A DNA stretch of 64,000 bases from Planctomycetota bacterium (GTDB lineage: Bacteria; Planctomycetota; UBA11346): positions 46,914 through 110,913 of the forward strand of contig JBBRLJ010000016.1 in assembly GCA_038231435.1 (NCBI GenBank). Reading direction: 5' to 3'. The notes under the pieces are model-generated. The model had not been told where the DNA came from and made no database searches. It saw only the letters and a list, made by a program, of their open reading frames with translations. This document shows positions 10,484-20,131 of the stretch, piece after piece. The position numbers and the translations under genes are program-made. Position 1 is the first letter of the stretch; every line of letters starts with the position of its first letter.

Positions 10484-12409
10484 ATGAGCGACGACATCAA
10501 ACATGAGTGCGGGATGGCGATCGTCCGGCTGAAGAAGCCGCTGGCGTACTTCCGGGAGCGCCACGGCTCGGCCCTGTGGGGCCTGAAGAAATTGTACCTG
10601 CTGATGGAGAAGCAGCGCAACCGCGGCCAGGACGGCGCGGGCATCGCCGTGCTCAAACAGCACATGCCGCACGGCACGCAGTATTTCCACCGCCTGCGCG
10701 AGGCCGGCAGCGCGTGCCTCGACCGGCTCTGGAAGCAGGTGCACGACGATCTCGCGGTGGTGACCCGCGACGGCAAGGTCGATCCCTCGGACGAGACCGA
10801 TCTCAAGCGCCTCTATCCCTGGCTCGGCGAGGTCTATCTCGGCCATCTGCGCTACGGCACACACGGCGCGAACGCGCTCGACAACTGCCACCCGTACGTG
10901 CGCCCGAGCAACTGGCCGAGCCGCCAGCTGTCCGTCGCCGGCAACTTCAACCTCACCAACACGCCCGAACTCTTCAACATGCTGGTGAAGCTCGGCCAGC
11001 ACCCGATCGGCGAAGCCGACACCAGCACGGTGATGGAGAAGATCGGCCACTTCCTCGACGTCGCCAACGAGGCCATCCTGCGCCAGATCGGAGACTCGTG
11101 CGGCAACGGCCCTGAGCTGGCCAAGCGCATCGCCGACGAGATCGACATCGGCCGCATCCTGCAGAAGGCCGCGCGCTATTGGGATGGCGGCTACTTCATG
11201 TGCGGCCTGATCGGCCACGGCGCCGCCTTCGCGCTGCGCGATCCCAACGGCATCCGTCCCGGATTCTGGTACGAGGACGACGAGGTGGTCGCCTGCGCGA
11301 GCGAACGCGCCGCGTTGGTGACCTGCTTCAACATCAAGCCAGAGGACGTGCGCGAGGTCACCCCTGGCTGCGCGCTGATCATCGACCACCGCGGCCACGC
11401 CGAGCAGGTCGAGGTCCTCAAGCCGCTTGAGCGCCGCTCGTGCACCTTCGAGCGCATCTATTTCAGCCGCGGCAACGACGCCGAGATCTACCGCGAGCGC
11501 AAGGCGCTGGGGCGCGAGATGGTGCCGGCGACGCTCAAGGCAATCGAAAACGATCTCGAGCACACCGTCATCAGCTACATCCCGAACACCGCCGAATCCG
11601 CATATTACGGCCTGCTCGAGGGGCTCGAGGCCTACCTGGCCGAGTGGAAGGAGCGCGAGATTCTCCATCACCAGGAGGGCGGCACGCTCGACCGCGAGAC
11701 GCTCAAGCAGATCCTCTCGGTGCGCCCCTGGCAGGAGAAGGCCGCGCTCAAGGACGCCAAGCTGCGCACCTTCATCAGCGGCGAAGACGACCGCGGCGAA
11801 CTCGTCAGCCACGCCTACGACGTCACCCGCGGCATCCTGCGCCCCGGAGTCGACAACTTGGTGGTGATCGACGATTCGATCGTGCGCGGCACCACCCTGC
11901 GCTCGAGCATCCTGCGCATGCTCTCGCGGCTCGAACCGAAGAAGATCGTGGTGCTCTCCAGCGCGCCGCAGATCCGTTATCCAGACTGCTACGGCATCGA
12001 CATGAGCGTGCTCGGCAAGTTCGTTGCGTTCGAGGCGGCCGTGGCCCTGCTGCGCGAGCGCGGCAAGTCGCAGGTTCTCGACGACGTCTACCAGGCCTGC
12101 CTCGCCGAGGAGGCCAAGCCCGCGCCAAGCCCAGTCAACCACGTGAAGCGCATCTACGCACCGTTCGCGGACGAGGAGATCTCGGCGAAGATCAGCGACT
12201 TGGTGCGTCCCCGCGACATCGACTGGACAGGTGAGGTGACGATCGTCTTCCAAACCGTCGCCGGCCTGCGCTGGGCCATCCCCGGCCACACCGGCGATTG
12301 GTACTTCACCGGCGACTACCCCACGCCCGGCGGCTTCCGCGTCGCCAATCGCGCCTTCATCAATTACATGGAAAAGCGCCAGGGCCGCGCCTACGAGGCA
12401 AGGGCTTAG
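10484..12409 (+). CDS. purF: Amidophosphoribosyltransferase, long (641 aa) form
   Basis: Propeptide then HECG, NRGQDGAG, GHLRYGT, FERIYFSRG, PRPP loop VIDDSIVRGTT, RYPDCYGID and YFTGDYP motifs. Confidence 0.92.
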   Translation: MSDDIKHECGMAIVRLKKPLAYFRERHGSALWGLKKLYLLMEKQRNRGQDGAGIAVLKQHMPHGTQYFHRLREAGSACLDRLWKQVHDDLAVVTRDGKVDPSDETDLKRLYPWLGEVYLGHLRYGTHGANALDNCHPYVRPSNWPSRQLSVAGNFNLTNTPELFNMLVKLGQHPIGEADTSTVMEKIGHFLDVANEAILRQIGDSCGNGPELAKRIADEIDIGRILQKAARYWDGGYFMCGLIGHGAAFALRDPNGIRPGFWYEDDEVVACASERAALVTCFNIKPEDVREVTPGCALIIDHRGHAEQVEVLKPLERRSCTFERIYFSRGNDAEIYRERKALGREMVPATLKAIENDLEHTVISYIPNTAESAYYGLLEGLEAYLAEWKEREILHHQEGGTLDRETLKQILSVRPWQEKAALKDAKLRTFISGEDDRGELVSHAYDVTRGILRPGVDNLVVIDDSIVRGTTLRSSILRMLSRLEPKKIVVLSSAPQIRYPDCYGIDMSVLGKFVAFEAAVALLRERGKSQVLDDVYQACLAEEAKPAPSPVNHVKRIYAPFADEEISAKISDLVRPRDIDWTGEVTIVFQTVAGLRWAIPGHTGDWYFTGDYPTPGGFRVANRAFINYMEKRQGRAYEARA

Positions 12410-12413
12410 TGCA

Positions 12414-12570
12414 TTCAGGGGCTTCGCCCCTACGGCCTGTCGGCCTACCCCACGGGCTTTGTCAGGCCTCGATTTCTCCGCTGCGCTGCGACATCGTGGG
12501 CGGATGGGCTTCGCCCATTCTATCTGCCCACCGCCCTTCGGCGCCCGGTCGCTGTCGCTCCGGTCTGAAC
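12414..12570 (+). repeat. Structured REP/MITE-like element, family A copy 1
   Basis: AGGGGCTTCGCCCCT hairpin, GGCC..GGCCTACCCCACGGGCTTTGTC, two inner hairpins, GGCGCCCG; homologous to 42734, 55570, 56457, 56609 and 63602. Confidence 0.88.
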
Positions 12571-12671
12571 GCTCAGGTTTGAATGAGGCGCGCCGCCTAT
12601 CTGACCGGGCGCGGCCTTGGACGTGGCCCGGGACCCTGGCAAAAGCGGTTTCCGCGGTAGACTCCGGGCTC

Positions 12672-13745
12672 ATGGATTTTCTCGGCATGTCGTTGTCGGA
12701 ATTGCGCGCCTGGTGCGCGTCGATCGGGCTGCCCCCTTTCCGTGGCGAGCAGATCTTCACTGCCCTCCACCAGGGCGCCGCGAGCTTCGCGGCGATCACC
12801 GTGCTGCCGCGCGATCTCGCGGAACGCCTGGATCACGAGTTTCCTCTGCCCGCGATCATCGAGGACCGTCGTCAGGAGAGCCGCGACGGCACCGTCAAAT
12901 CGCTGCTGCGCATGCACGACGGCAAGCTCGTCGAGTGCGTCTCGATCCCGACTGCCACGCGCCACACCATCTGCGTGTCGAGCCAGGTGGGCTGCGCGGT
13001 GGGCTGCACGTTTTGCGCCTCGGGCCAGAACGGCGTCGAGCGCGACCTGGTGGCCGGCGAGATCGTGCGCCAGGTGCTGTTCCATCACCTGCGCCGCCCG
13101 GTCACGAACGTGGTGTTCATGGGCTCCGGAGAGCCGCTGTTCAACTACGACCACGTGGTCAAGGCGATCCGCGTGCTCGCCGAGCCGAAGGGCCTGGGTC
13201 TGGGGCGACGCCGTTTCACGGTCAGCACCTCGGGCGTGCCGAAGCGCATCCGCCAGCTCGGCGTCGACGAGCCGCAGGTGACGCTGGCGTTATCGCTGCA
13301 CGCCGCCGACGACGAGACGCGCTCGCGCATCGTGCCGATCAACGCGCGCTGGCCGCTCGCCGAACTGCTCGACGCCATGCGCGACTACAGCGCCTCGGTC
13401 AATCGCCGCATGACCTTCGAATACGTCTTGCTGGCGGACGCGAACATGAGCGAGACGCATGCGACCTCGCTCGCGCGGCTGGCCAAGAGCTTCGGCGCGC
13501 ACATCAACCTCATCCCCTTCAATCCGGTGACCGAGACCCCGCACCGCCGCCCGTCGAGCGATCAGGTCAAGGCGTTCGCCGAGCAGGTCGAGCTCGACGG
13601 GGGGCACGTCACGGTGCGTGGCCAACGCGGAGCGGACATCGACGCGGCCTGCGGACAGCTGCGGAAACGCGCCGCGAACGGCGCCTCAGCCGGTGTCGAC
13701 CCGGAGACCTCCGATGCCCCTGGGCGAACGCCTAAGATCCTCTGA
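12672..13745 (+). CDS. rlmN: Radical SAM 23S rRNA A2503 / tRNA A37 C2-methyltransferase
   Basis: DGTVK, CVSSQVGCAVGCTFCASG, VFMGSGEP, STSG, SLHA, INLIPFNP and DIDAACGQL motifs. Confidence 0.96.
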   Translation: MDFLGMSLSELRAWCASIGLPPFRGEQIFTALHQGAASFAAITVLPRDLAERLDHEFPLPAIIEDRRQESRDGTVKSLLRMHDGKLVECVSIPTATRHTICVSSQVGCAVGCTFCASGQNGVERDLVAGEIVRQVLFHHLRRPVTNVVFMGSGEPLFNYDHVVKAIRVLAEPKGLGLGRRRFTVSTSGVPKRIRQLGVDEPQVTLALSLHAADDETRSRIVPINARWPLAELLDAMRDYSASVNRRMTFEYVLLADANMSETHATSLARLAKSFGAHINLIPFNPVTETPHRRPSSDQVKAFAEQVELDGGHVTVRGQRGADIDAACGQLRKRAANGASAGVDPETSDAPGRTPKIL

Positions 13746-13842
13746 ACATTGGGTTTGATTGAGGCGAACAGCCCCCCTGGGGAGACCTTGCGATGTGCGC
13801 TCGCGGCACTAGTCTGCTCGGCCTTCAATCGTGGGAGAAGGC

Positions 13843-14109
13843 ATGGAACCGCATCTGCACGTGGTAATGGGCTTCGGCCTTCCCCAAGGCACCGAGTGGC
13901 TGGTGATCGCCCTGGTATGCCTGCTGCTCTTCGGCCGGCGTCTGCCCGAGGTGATGCGCGGACTCGGGGGCAGTGTGAAGGAATTCAAGAAGGGCATGGA
14001 GGACGGCCCGGCGAAGACCACCGAGACCGCTCCGCTGCCGCGCGTCGATGGCGCGGTGAGCCGAGATGCCAACCCGACGCCTCCGTCCGATCACCCCAAG
14101 GCGAGCTGA
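13843..14109 (+). CDS. tatA: Twin-arginine translocase subunit TatA/E
   Basis: EWLVIALVCLLLFG-RRLPEVMRGLGGSVKEFKKGM; alternative start at 13867. Confidence 0.92.
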   Translation: MEPHLHVVMGFGLPQGTEWLVIALVCLLLFGRRLPEVMRGLGGSVKEFKKGMEDGPAKTTETAPLPRVDGAVSRDANPTPPSDHPKAS

Positions 14110-14116
14110 GCCACCG

Positions 14117-15208
14117 ATGTCGGAATCTGTCGAGAAGCTCGCGCGGGTCCGGAAATACATCAAGGCCCAGGGGCTCGACGGCTTGGTGCTCGCAACGCGC
14201 GCCAACTTCGCCTGGCTCTCGGGCGGTGGCGACAACCACGTGGTCTCACAGGCCGATGTGGGCGTGGGCGCGCTGGTGGTGACCGCCAAGCAGGCTTTCC
14301 TGGTTGCGAACAAGATCGAGATCGACCGCCTGGCCACCGAGGAGCCGCTGTCGGCCTTCACGCCCAAGCCGTTCCCGTGGATCCAGCCGCTCGGCGAGGC
14401 GCTCGAGAAAGTGCTGCCGTCGAAGAAATTCGCCTGCGACATCCCGATGGCCGGCCTCAAGCCGCTCGACGGCGACTTCGTCTACGAATGCCGCGCCCAA
14501 CTGACCGAGCCCGAGATCCGCCGCTACAAGGCTGTCGGCCGTGATTGCTCGTTGGTCATGGAGACAGTCGCGCGCCAGACCCAGATGGGCGACAGCGAAA
14601 TGCAGGTCGAGGCCGACATGGCCAAGCACCTGCTCGCGCGCGGCATCCAGCCCTACGTGCTGCTGGTCGCCTTCGACGATCGCATCAAGCGCTACCGCCA
14701 CCCGACCCCGACCGCGAACCACCTGCGCAAGATGGGCATGCTGGTGATCTGCGGCCAGCGCGGCGGTCTGATCGCCTGCCTCACCCGGCTGATCCACTTC
14801 GGCGCGCTGCCGGCCGATCTGGCCAAGCGCCACGAGGCGGTTTGCCGCGTCGAAACCGCGATGTGGGCCGCCACCAAGGTCGGCACCGAGTACGGCAAGG
14901 CGCTGCAGGCTGGCCTCGACCAGTACAAGAAGGAAGGCTTCCCGAAGGAATGGGAGCTGCACCACCAGGGCGGGCCGACGGGCTACGCGGGCCGCGACTT
15001 CATGGCGACGCCGGGCGAGAAGCGCCTGGTGCTCGACAAGCAGGCGGTCGCGTGGAACCCCTCGATCACCGGCACCAAGAACGAGGACACCTACATCCAG
15101 GACGGCGCCACGCGCACCGTCGTCACCGCGTGTTCGGCGGATTGGCCGACCATCAAGGTCACGGCCGGCGGCGAGACGCTGTCGCGCCCGGGCATCTTGG
15201 TGCGCTGA
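14117..15208 (+). CDS. M24 family (Xaa-Pro peptidase / creatinase fold) protein
   Basis: Creatinase-N-like start (LDGLVL...NFAWLSGG), pita-bread domain with HHQGG.GY, WNPSI and KNEDT. Confidence 0.82.
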   Translation: MSESVEKLARVRKYIKAQGLDGLVLATRANFAWLSGGGDNHVVSQADVGVGALVVTAKQAFLVANKIEIDRLATEEPLSAFTPKPFPWIQPLGEALEKVLPSKKFACDIPMAGLKPLDGDFVYECRAQLTEPEIRRYKAVGRDCSLVMETVARQTQMGDSEMQVEADMAKHLLARGIQPYVLLVAFDDRIKRYRHPTPTANHLRKMGMLVICGQRGGLIACLTRLIHFGALPADLAKRHEAVCRVETAMWAATKVGTEYGKALQAGLDQYKKEGFPKEWELHHQGGPTGYAGRDFMATPGEKRLVLDKQAVAWNPSITGTKNEDTYIQDGATRTVVTACSADWPTIKVTAGGETLSRPGILVR

Positions 15209-15594
15209 TGTCCGCGCCGTCCACGCGGATAGCCCAAATGCACATGACGGCATCCCTCTCACGGGCGCTGTGCGGGCTTCCGCTCGTGCTCATCTGCGCG
15301 CTCTCGCTCGTCGTCCTCGCCGGCTGTCCCGGTGATCGCAAGCCGATCCCGGTCGTGGCCGTGGTGGTTCTGCCCGACGACGACACGTACAGCGTGAACG
15401 GCCAGCGCATGAGCTACCGGCAGATGTGCGACGAGCTGCGCACCATCGCCGAGAACAACCAGCGCGAGAAGCGCGTGGATGCCCGCGCGATCGTCAGGCT
15501 GTCGTCGCAGGAAGGCGCCAACTACGACCGCGTGCGCCGCGTCGAGGACTACTGCAACTCGGTCGGTCTCGATAACATTCAAAAAGGCCTGTAA
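15208..15594 (+). CDS. Putative lipoprotein with ExbD/TolR-like periplasmic domain
   Basis: Hydrophobic helix and lipobox LAGC; YSVNGQRM...IVRLSS..ANYDRV..V.D.C..VGL pattern resembles the ExbD C-domain; TGATG coupling to the upstream gene. Confidence 0.55.
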   Translation: MSAPSTRIAQMHMTASLSRALCGLPLVLICALSLVVLAGCPGDRKPIPVVAVVVLPDDDTYSVNGQRMSYRQMCDELRTIAENNQREKRVDARAIVRLSSQEGANYDRVRRVEDYCNSVGLDNIQKGL

Positions 15595-15716
15595 CAAGAG
15601 CGCATTGGGGTTGTAGCTGCTTCCGCAGCGGCGGATCCCGGCTCGCGTGTCCGGCCATGGTCTGGAATGGGCCTGCCGGTTCTTGCCGCGCTGGGCCGGG
15701 TGCCATCCTGCGTGCG

Positions 15717-16235
15717 ATGGCCAAGTACGGCTGCCTGCTCATCCTGCTGCTGTTCGGCCTGCTCGCCGTCGAGGTCTGGGTCTACCTGCTGGTCAGCCAG
15801 GCCTTCAGGCCGCCAGAATACCTGGTTCCCATCCTGGTCATGATCGGCATGGGCATCGTCGGCTACAAGGTCATCCGCTACCACGTGCCGCGCATGGCGC
15901 AGTCGGTGCTGACCGGATCGGTCGGCCGCCATTTTGTCGGCATCATTGCGGGCGCGCTGATGATCTTTCCTGGCCTTGCCAGCGACGCGCTCGGCCTGCT
16001 GCTGCTGCTGCCCGGCATCAATCACATCTGCGGCAAGGCCTGCAACGTCATCGCCATGAGCGTGCTGCGCAACACCATGAAGAAGATGTTCAATGGCATG
16101 GGCGGTGCCGGAGGTGTCGGCGGCTTCTCGTTCCCCGGCATGAAACCTGGAGCCGCAATGAAGCCCGATGAGCAGGCCAGCTTCCCGCGCAAGACCCCCA
16201 AGACCTACGACACCAAGGCCGAGAAGCACGACTGA
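15717..16235 (+). CDS. fxsA: FxsA family membrane protein
   Basis: VEVWVY...AGALMIFPGLASDALGLLLLLP signature. Confidence 0.82.
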   Translation: MAKYGCLLILLLFGLLAVEVWVYLLVSQAFRPPEYLVPILVMIGMGIVGYKVIRYHVPRMAQSVLTGSVGRHFVGIIAGALMIFPGLASDALGLLLLLPGINHICGKACNVIAMSVLRNTMKKMFNGMGGAGGVGGFSFPGMKPGAAMKPDEQASFPRKTPKTYDTKAEKHD

Positions 16236-16352
16236 AGCATTCCGTGTGGGGACCACAGCCCCGCCTGTGCCTCTAGGCGGTCAGCGGCGAACCATGGCGT
16301 TGCCCACAACCCGATCTGGCAAGTTTCCGGGTCCGCCTCACGATGCCCGCCC

Positions 16353-16631
16353 ATGAAGCACAATTCCTATTTCGATGGCAAGGTCCAGAGCCTCGGATTC
16401 GAGCGCAATGGCCGCAAGCAGACGGTCGGCGTGATCGATCCGGGCGAGTTCCATTTCGGTACCGACGCCGCCGAACGCATGACCGTGATCAGCGGCGAAC
16501 TGCACGCGAAGTTCGCTGGCTCGAGCCAGTGGCTGCACTACCCCGCCGGCACCGCGTTCGAGATCCCCGCCAAGAGCGGTTTCGACGTCAAGGCGATCTC
16601 GCCGTCGGCGTATTGCTGCGAATTCCTGTAA
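16353..16631 (+). CDS. ppnP: Pyrimidine/purine nucleoside phosphorylase
   Basis: NSYFDGKVQS, TVGVI.PGEF.FGT..AERM.VISG and YCCEF motifs; 92 aa. Confidence 0.93.
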   Translation: MKHNSYFDGKVQSLGFERNGRKQTVGVIDPGEFHFGTDAAERMTVISGELHAKFAGSSQWLHYPAGTAFEIPAKSGFDVKAISPSAYCCEFL

Positions 16632-16637
16632 GCCGCG

Positions 16638-17294
16638 GTGCCCATCAAGGCCGTCATCTACGATCACGATGGCACGCTGGTGAATTCGTTGCCCATGGTG
16701 GTCGCGGCCACCAATGACGTGCTGCTCGCACGCGGCCTACCCGAGCGACCGCCATCCGAGATCGTCGCGGCCATGGTCATGCCCACCACGCCGCGCATGG
16801 GTCATCACGCCCGCGTCGACGATCCGCGGATCCAAGAGGTGTTGGCGCGTGAGTTCTATCTCAGCGCGCATCGCGTCGGACCCACGCACGCGAGTCTCTA
16901 TCCCGGCGTGGCCGCGCTGGTCGCCGAGGTCTCCGCTCGCGGGCTGCCGCAGGCGATGGTCAGCAACAACGAAGGACGCCTGGTGCGCCGCCTGATGGCA
17001 GCTCTCGGGATCGATGGCCATTTCGCCTGCATCCTCGGCGAAGAAGACGTGCCCGCTCCGAAACCGGATCCGCGCGGCATTCTCCACGCCGCGTCGCGGC
17101 TCGGCGTGCACCCGGACTCATGCATCTACGTCGGAGATGGACACGGCGATGTTGCCGCGGCCCACGGCGCCGGCATGCGCGTCATCGGCGTCACCTGGGG
17201 CATCCATCCACGCGCCGAGATGGAGTCCATGGGCTTCGACCATCTCGCGCACGACACCACCGAGGTGCTCCAGCTCATCTCGGGCAACGTCTAA
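16638..17294 (+). CDS. HAD superfamily hydrolase (phosphoglycolate phosphatase-like)
   Basis: DHDGTL motif I, SNN motif II, PKPDP motif III, VGDGHGD motif IV. Confidence 0.9.
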   Translation: MPIKAVIYDHDGTLVNSLPMVVAATNDVLLARGLPERPPSEIVAAMVMPTTPRMGHHARVDDPRIQEVLAREFYLSAHRVGPTHASLYPGVAALVAEVSARGLPQAMVSNNEGRLVRRLMAALGIDGHFACILGEEDVPAPKPDPRGILHAASRLGVHPDSCIYVGDGHGDVAAAHGAGMRVIGVTWGIHPRAEMESMGFDHLAHDTTEVLQLISGNV

Positions 17295-17349
17295 GGTCGC
17301 CGAGCGGCAACGTCGGCCGGCCGCCTTGCCAGCCCTCTCCTCGAGTCCC

Positions 17350-17467
17350 GGGGGGCAGCGCGGCGTAAGGCCCCGGTCGGTAGGGGCGGCGCGATGTTGG
17401 GGGGATCGCGAAGCGATCTCAGATGCCCTTTGGGGCATCTGCCGTCCGCAGGAAGTAGCCCCCCAAC
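17350..17467 (-). repeat. Structured intergenic element, family C copy 1
   Basis: On + strand GGGGGCAGCGCGG...GCGCGATGTTGGGGG...GTAGCCCCCCAAC, shared with 20031-20125 and (inverted) 51330-51374. Confidence 0.8.
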
Positions 17468-17473
17468 TGACCG

Positions 17474-19048
17474 TTAGACCGCGCGCAACCTGGCAGGGTT
17501 CTCTTCCTCGTCGGCATCAACTTCGCCCTCGCCCTCGCCGCCTCCGCCGTTCTCACCCGCCGCCGGACCATCGACCACGCCGCGGCCGCGGCGCACGTGC
17601 AGGCCATACTCGATGAGCTTGCGGTCGAGCGTCACGCGGTTGATGCCGAGCGCCTTCGCCGCGCGCAGCTTGACGCCGCGCTCGCGGTTGAGTGCGTAGA
17701 TGATGAGGATCCGCTCAGCCTCGCGGAACAGCTTGTTGATGTCCGGGCCGGCGGCGTCGGCGAAGCGGTCGACAGCGACCCGCAGCGCGGCCTCGGGCGG
17801 ACCGTCTATGGGTAGGGCCTTGGGCAGTCCCTCGCTGTAGCTGCGGATGGTCGGCGGCACCAGCTCCTCGATGAACACCGTCCCGGGCGCCAGCACCACG
17901 GCCTTCTGCACGCAGTTCTCGAGCTCGCGCACGTTGCCGGGCCAGGGATACGCCGCGAGCATCTCGAGCACCTGGCGCGGCACTTCGTCGAGGCTCTTGA
18001 AGTTCAGGCGGTTGTGCTTCTGCAGGAAATGATTCACCAGCAGAGGGATGTCCTCGCGGCGGTCGCGCAGCGGTGTGACCTGCAGATTGACCACATTCAG
18101 TCGGTAGAACAGATCCTCGCGGAATCGACCGGCCTTGACCTCGGCGCCGAGGTCGCGGTGCGTCGCGCCGATGATGCGCACGTCCACCGGCACCGGTGCG
18201 TGGTCGCCGACGCGCGAGATGGTGCGCTCCTGCAGGACCCGCAGCAGGCGCACCTGCGCTTCGGCGCCAATCTCGCCGACCTCGTCGAGGAACAGCGTTC
18301 CGCCGTTGGCCAGCTCGAACAGGCCCTTGCGGTCGCTGTCTGCTCCGGTGTAGGCACCGCGCACATGGCCGAAGAGCTCGCTCTCGAGAAGTCCCGGGCT
18401 GAGCGCCCCGGCGTTGATCGAGACCATCGGCTTGTGCGCGCGAGGACTGTGCGCGTGGATGAGTTTGGCGATCAGCTCCTTGCCGGTGCCGGTCTCGCCT
18501 TGGATCAGCACCGTCGCCGTCGAAGCGGCGGCGCGCACCGCCGATTGGATCAGCGCGTTCATGGTGCCGCTGTTGGTGAGGATATCGTGGCTCTTGACCT
18601 CGAAGGCCAGTGCGCCGCGCAGCGCCTGGTTTTCTTCCGCCAGTTCGTTGGTCTCGAGCTGCACACGCAGGCGGTCGACGCACCAGCGCGACAACACGTC
18701 GATGAGGAAGGTCGCGGCATCCTCCGACCCGGTGTGACTGACCACCAGCGTGGCGATCGGCACGTTGCCGTCGCGCAGTTGGCGCGCGACCACCGGCAGC
18801 CCGTCGGTGGCGATGGGCGCGGTGGCCGGGGTCGCCACCGCGGCGATCTCATCCGCCTGCGCGGGCGGCTCGCCGACGATGAAGGTGCCCGACGGCGCCA
18901 GATGCCCGGAACGGCAATTCAGCCAGATGCCGCCGATGGTGTTCCAGCCCTGCACTTCGAGCCACAGCCGTTCGAGGACCAGGCGCGGCCCAACGGCCGG
19001 GTCGAGCATCTGCAAGACGGCGCCGACACGTGTGGGCCAGGTGCGCAT
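17474..19048 (-). CDS. Sigma54-dependent enhancer-binding protein (AAA+ and Fis-type HTH) with uncharacterised N-terminal domain
   Basis: [45 protein letters not shown] and [12 protein letters not shown] motifs. Confidence 0.93.
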   Translation of the reverse strand: MRTWPTRVGAVLQMLDPAVGPRLVLERLWLEVQGWNTIGGIWLNCRSGHLAPSGTFIVGEPPAQADEIAAVATPATAPIATDGLPVVARQLRDGNVPIATLVVSHTGSEDAATFLIDVLSRWCVDRLRVQLETNELAEENQALRGALAFEVKSHDILTNSGTMNALIQSAVRAAASTATVLIQGETGTGKELIAKLIHAHSPRAHKPMVSINAGALSPGLLESELFGHVRGAYTGADSDRKGLFELANGGTLFLDEVGEIGAEAQVRLLRVLQERTISRVGDHAPVPVDVRIIGATHRDLGAEVKAGRFREDLFYRLNVVNLQVTPLRDRREDIPLLVNHFLQKHNRLNFKSLDEVPRQVLEMLAAYPWPGNVRELENCVQKAVVLAPGTVFIEELVPPTIRSYSEGLPKALPIDGPPEAALRVAVDRFADAAGPDINKLFREAERILIIYALNRERGVKLRAAKALGINRVTLDRKLIEYGLHVRRGRGVVDGPAAGENGGGGEGEGEVDADEEENPARLRAV

Positions 19049-19200
19049 GTCGGATCATGATGCACATGGCGAGCCGAGCGGCCCTGGGCCGGCCCGGGCC
19101 GTAGATGACGCCAGATGCATCACGGTGCAGCAGCGCGGGCTCCTCAGCGGTCGTTTTTTGACCAGGTGCTGCGCGACCGGACAATGCCGCGAAACAAGTC

Positions 19201-19908
19201 TCAAACCCCGCGCAGATCGCCCACGCGCGCGATCTCGGGGCCGGTGAAGGCCTCGGCGAACGGCGCGCCGGCATGCAGTCCCCAGGCGCGCGCCTTGGCC
19301 TCGAGCGCGTCGACGAATCCCGGCACCGAGATGCTGGTGGTCGGACCAGCCACGCCTTCGCGGTGCAGTTGGCTGGCGTAACACAGCACCGCGGCGCGCT
19401 TGCGGCCCCAGTCCTCGTCGGTGCACGGCACTAGCAGCTGCGCCCGTGCCGGCAGCTCCGCTTCGTAGAACCAGAGTCGCGCGCCGGCGATCGCGGGCGC
19501 GCCGCTCGCCGTGATCAGCTTGTGCAGCGCCGCGGCTTTCAACGCCGGCTCGACCAGGCGCGCGAGCGCGATGTGATCGGGATGGCGGGCATGGCCCGAG
19601 ATGCACAGCACCACCTGCGGACGATGGCGCCGCAAGGCATCGATCACCAGCGCGCGCGCCGCGTGATCGTCGGCGGGAATGTGGCCATCCGGCAGGCCGA
19701 GGTTCTCTCGCGCTGCCAGACCGAGGATCCGCGACGCCGCAGCCGATTCCTTCGCACGCTCCTCGATGGTGCCGCGGCTGCCGAGCTCGCCCCGCGTCGC
19801 GTCGACCACCACCACGCTGGCCCCTTGCCGCACATGCGCCGAGATGGTCGCACCACAACCCATCTCAGCATCGTCCGGATGCGGCGAAAAAACCAGGATG
19901 TCAGCCAT
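19201..19908 (-). CDS. bshB1: PIG-L family deacetylase, BshB1-like
   Basis: PHPDDAEMGCG, TRGELGSRGT...R..E, LGLPDG and RHPDH motifs. Confidence 0.78.
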   Translation of the reverse strand: MADILVFSPHPDDAEMGCGATISAHVRQGASVVVVDATRGELGSRGTIEERAKESAAASRILGLAARENLGLPDGHIPADDHAARALVIDALRRHRPQVVLCISGHARHPDHIALARLVEPALKAAALHKLITASGAPAIAGARLWFYEAELPARAQLLVPCTDEDWGRKRAAVLCYASQLHREGVAGPTTSISVPGFVDALEAKARAWGLHAGAPFAEAFTGPEIARVGDLRGV

Positions 19909-20030
19909 GCCGTGACTACACGGTGGGAACCGCTGGCCGCAACTCTCAGTTGGAAGACTCGCGCACCGCCTATCCAGAGCAGAGCAGCGCGAAGCGCCTG
20001 CTCCTATACCTCCCTACCCGTTTCTTCCTG

Positions 20031-20125
20031 GGGGGCAGCGCGGAGCGCGATGTTGGGGGAGATCGCCTCGCGATCTTCGGATGCCCTTCGGGGCATCCGC
20101 CGCCCGTAGGGAGTAGCCCCCCAAC
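20031..20125 (-). repeat. Structured intergenic element, family C copy 2
   Basis: Same core as 17350-17467, with inner hairpins GATCGC..GCGATC and GATGCCC-TTCG-GGGCATC. Confidence 0.8.
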
Positions 20126-20131
20126 AAAAAG

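Noticed and set aside
8894..12799. Very long ORFs antisense to real genes (e.g. 8894-12799 -, 30819-33902 +, 42803-45034 +, 24917-26917 -)
   Set aside because: Shadow frames expected from high GC3 bias; the opposite strand carries recognisable conserved proteins.
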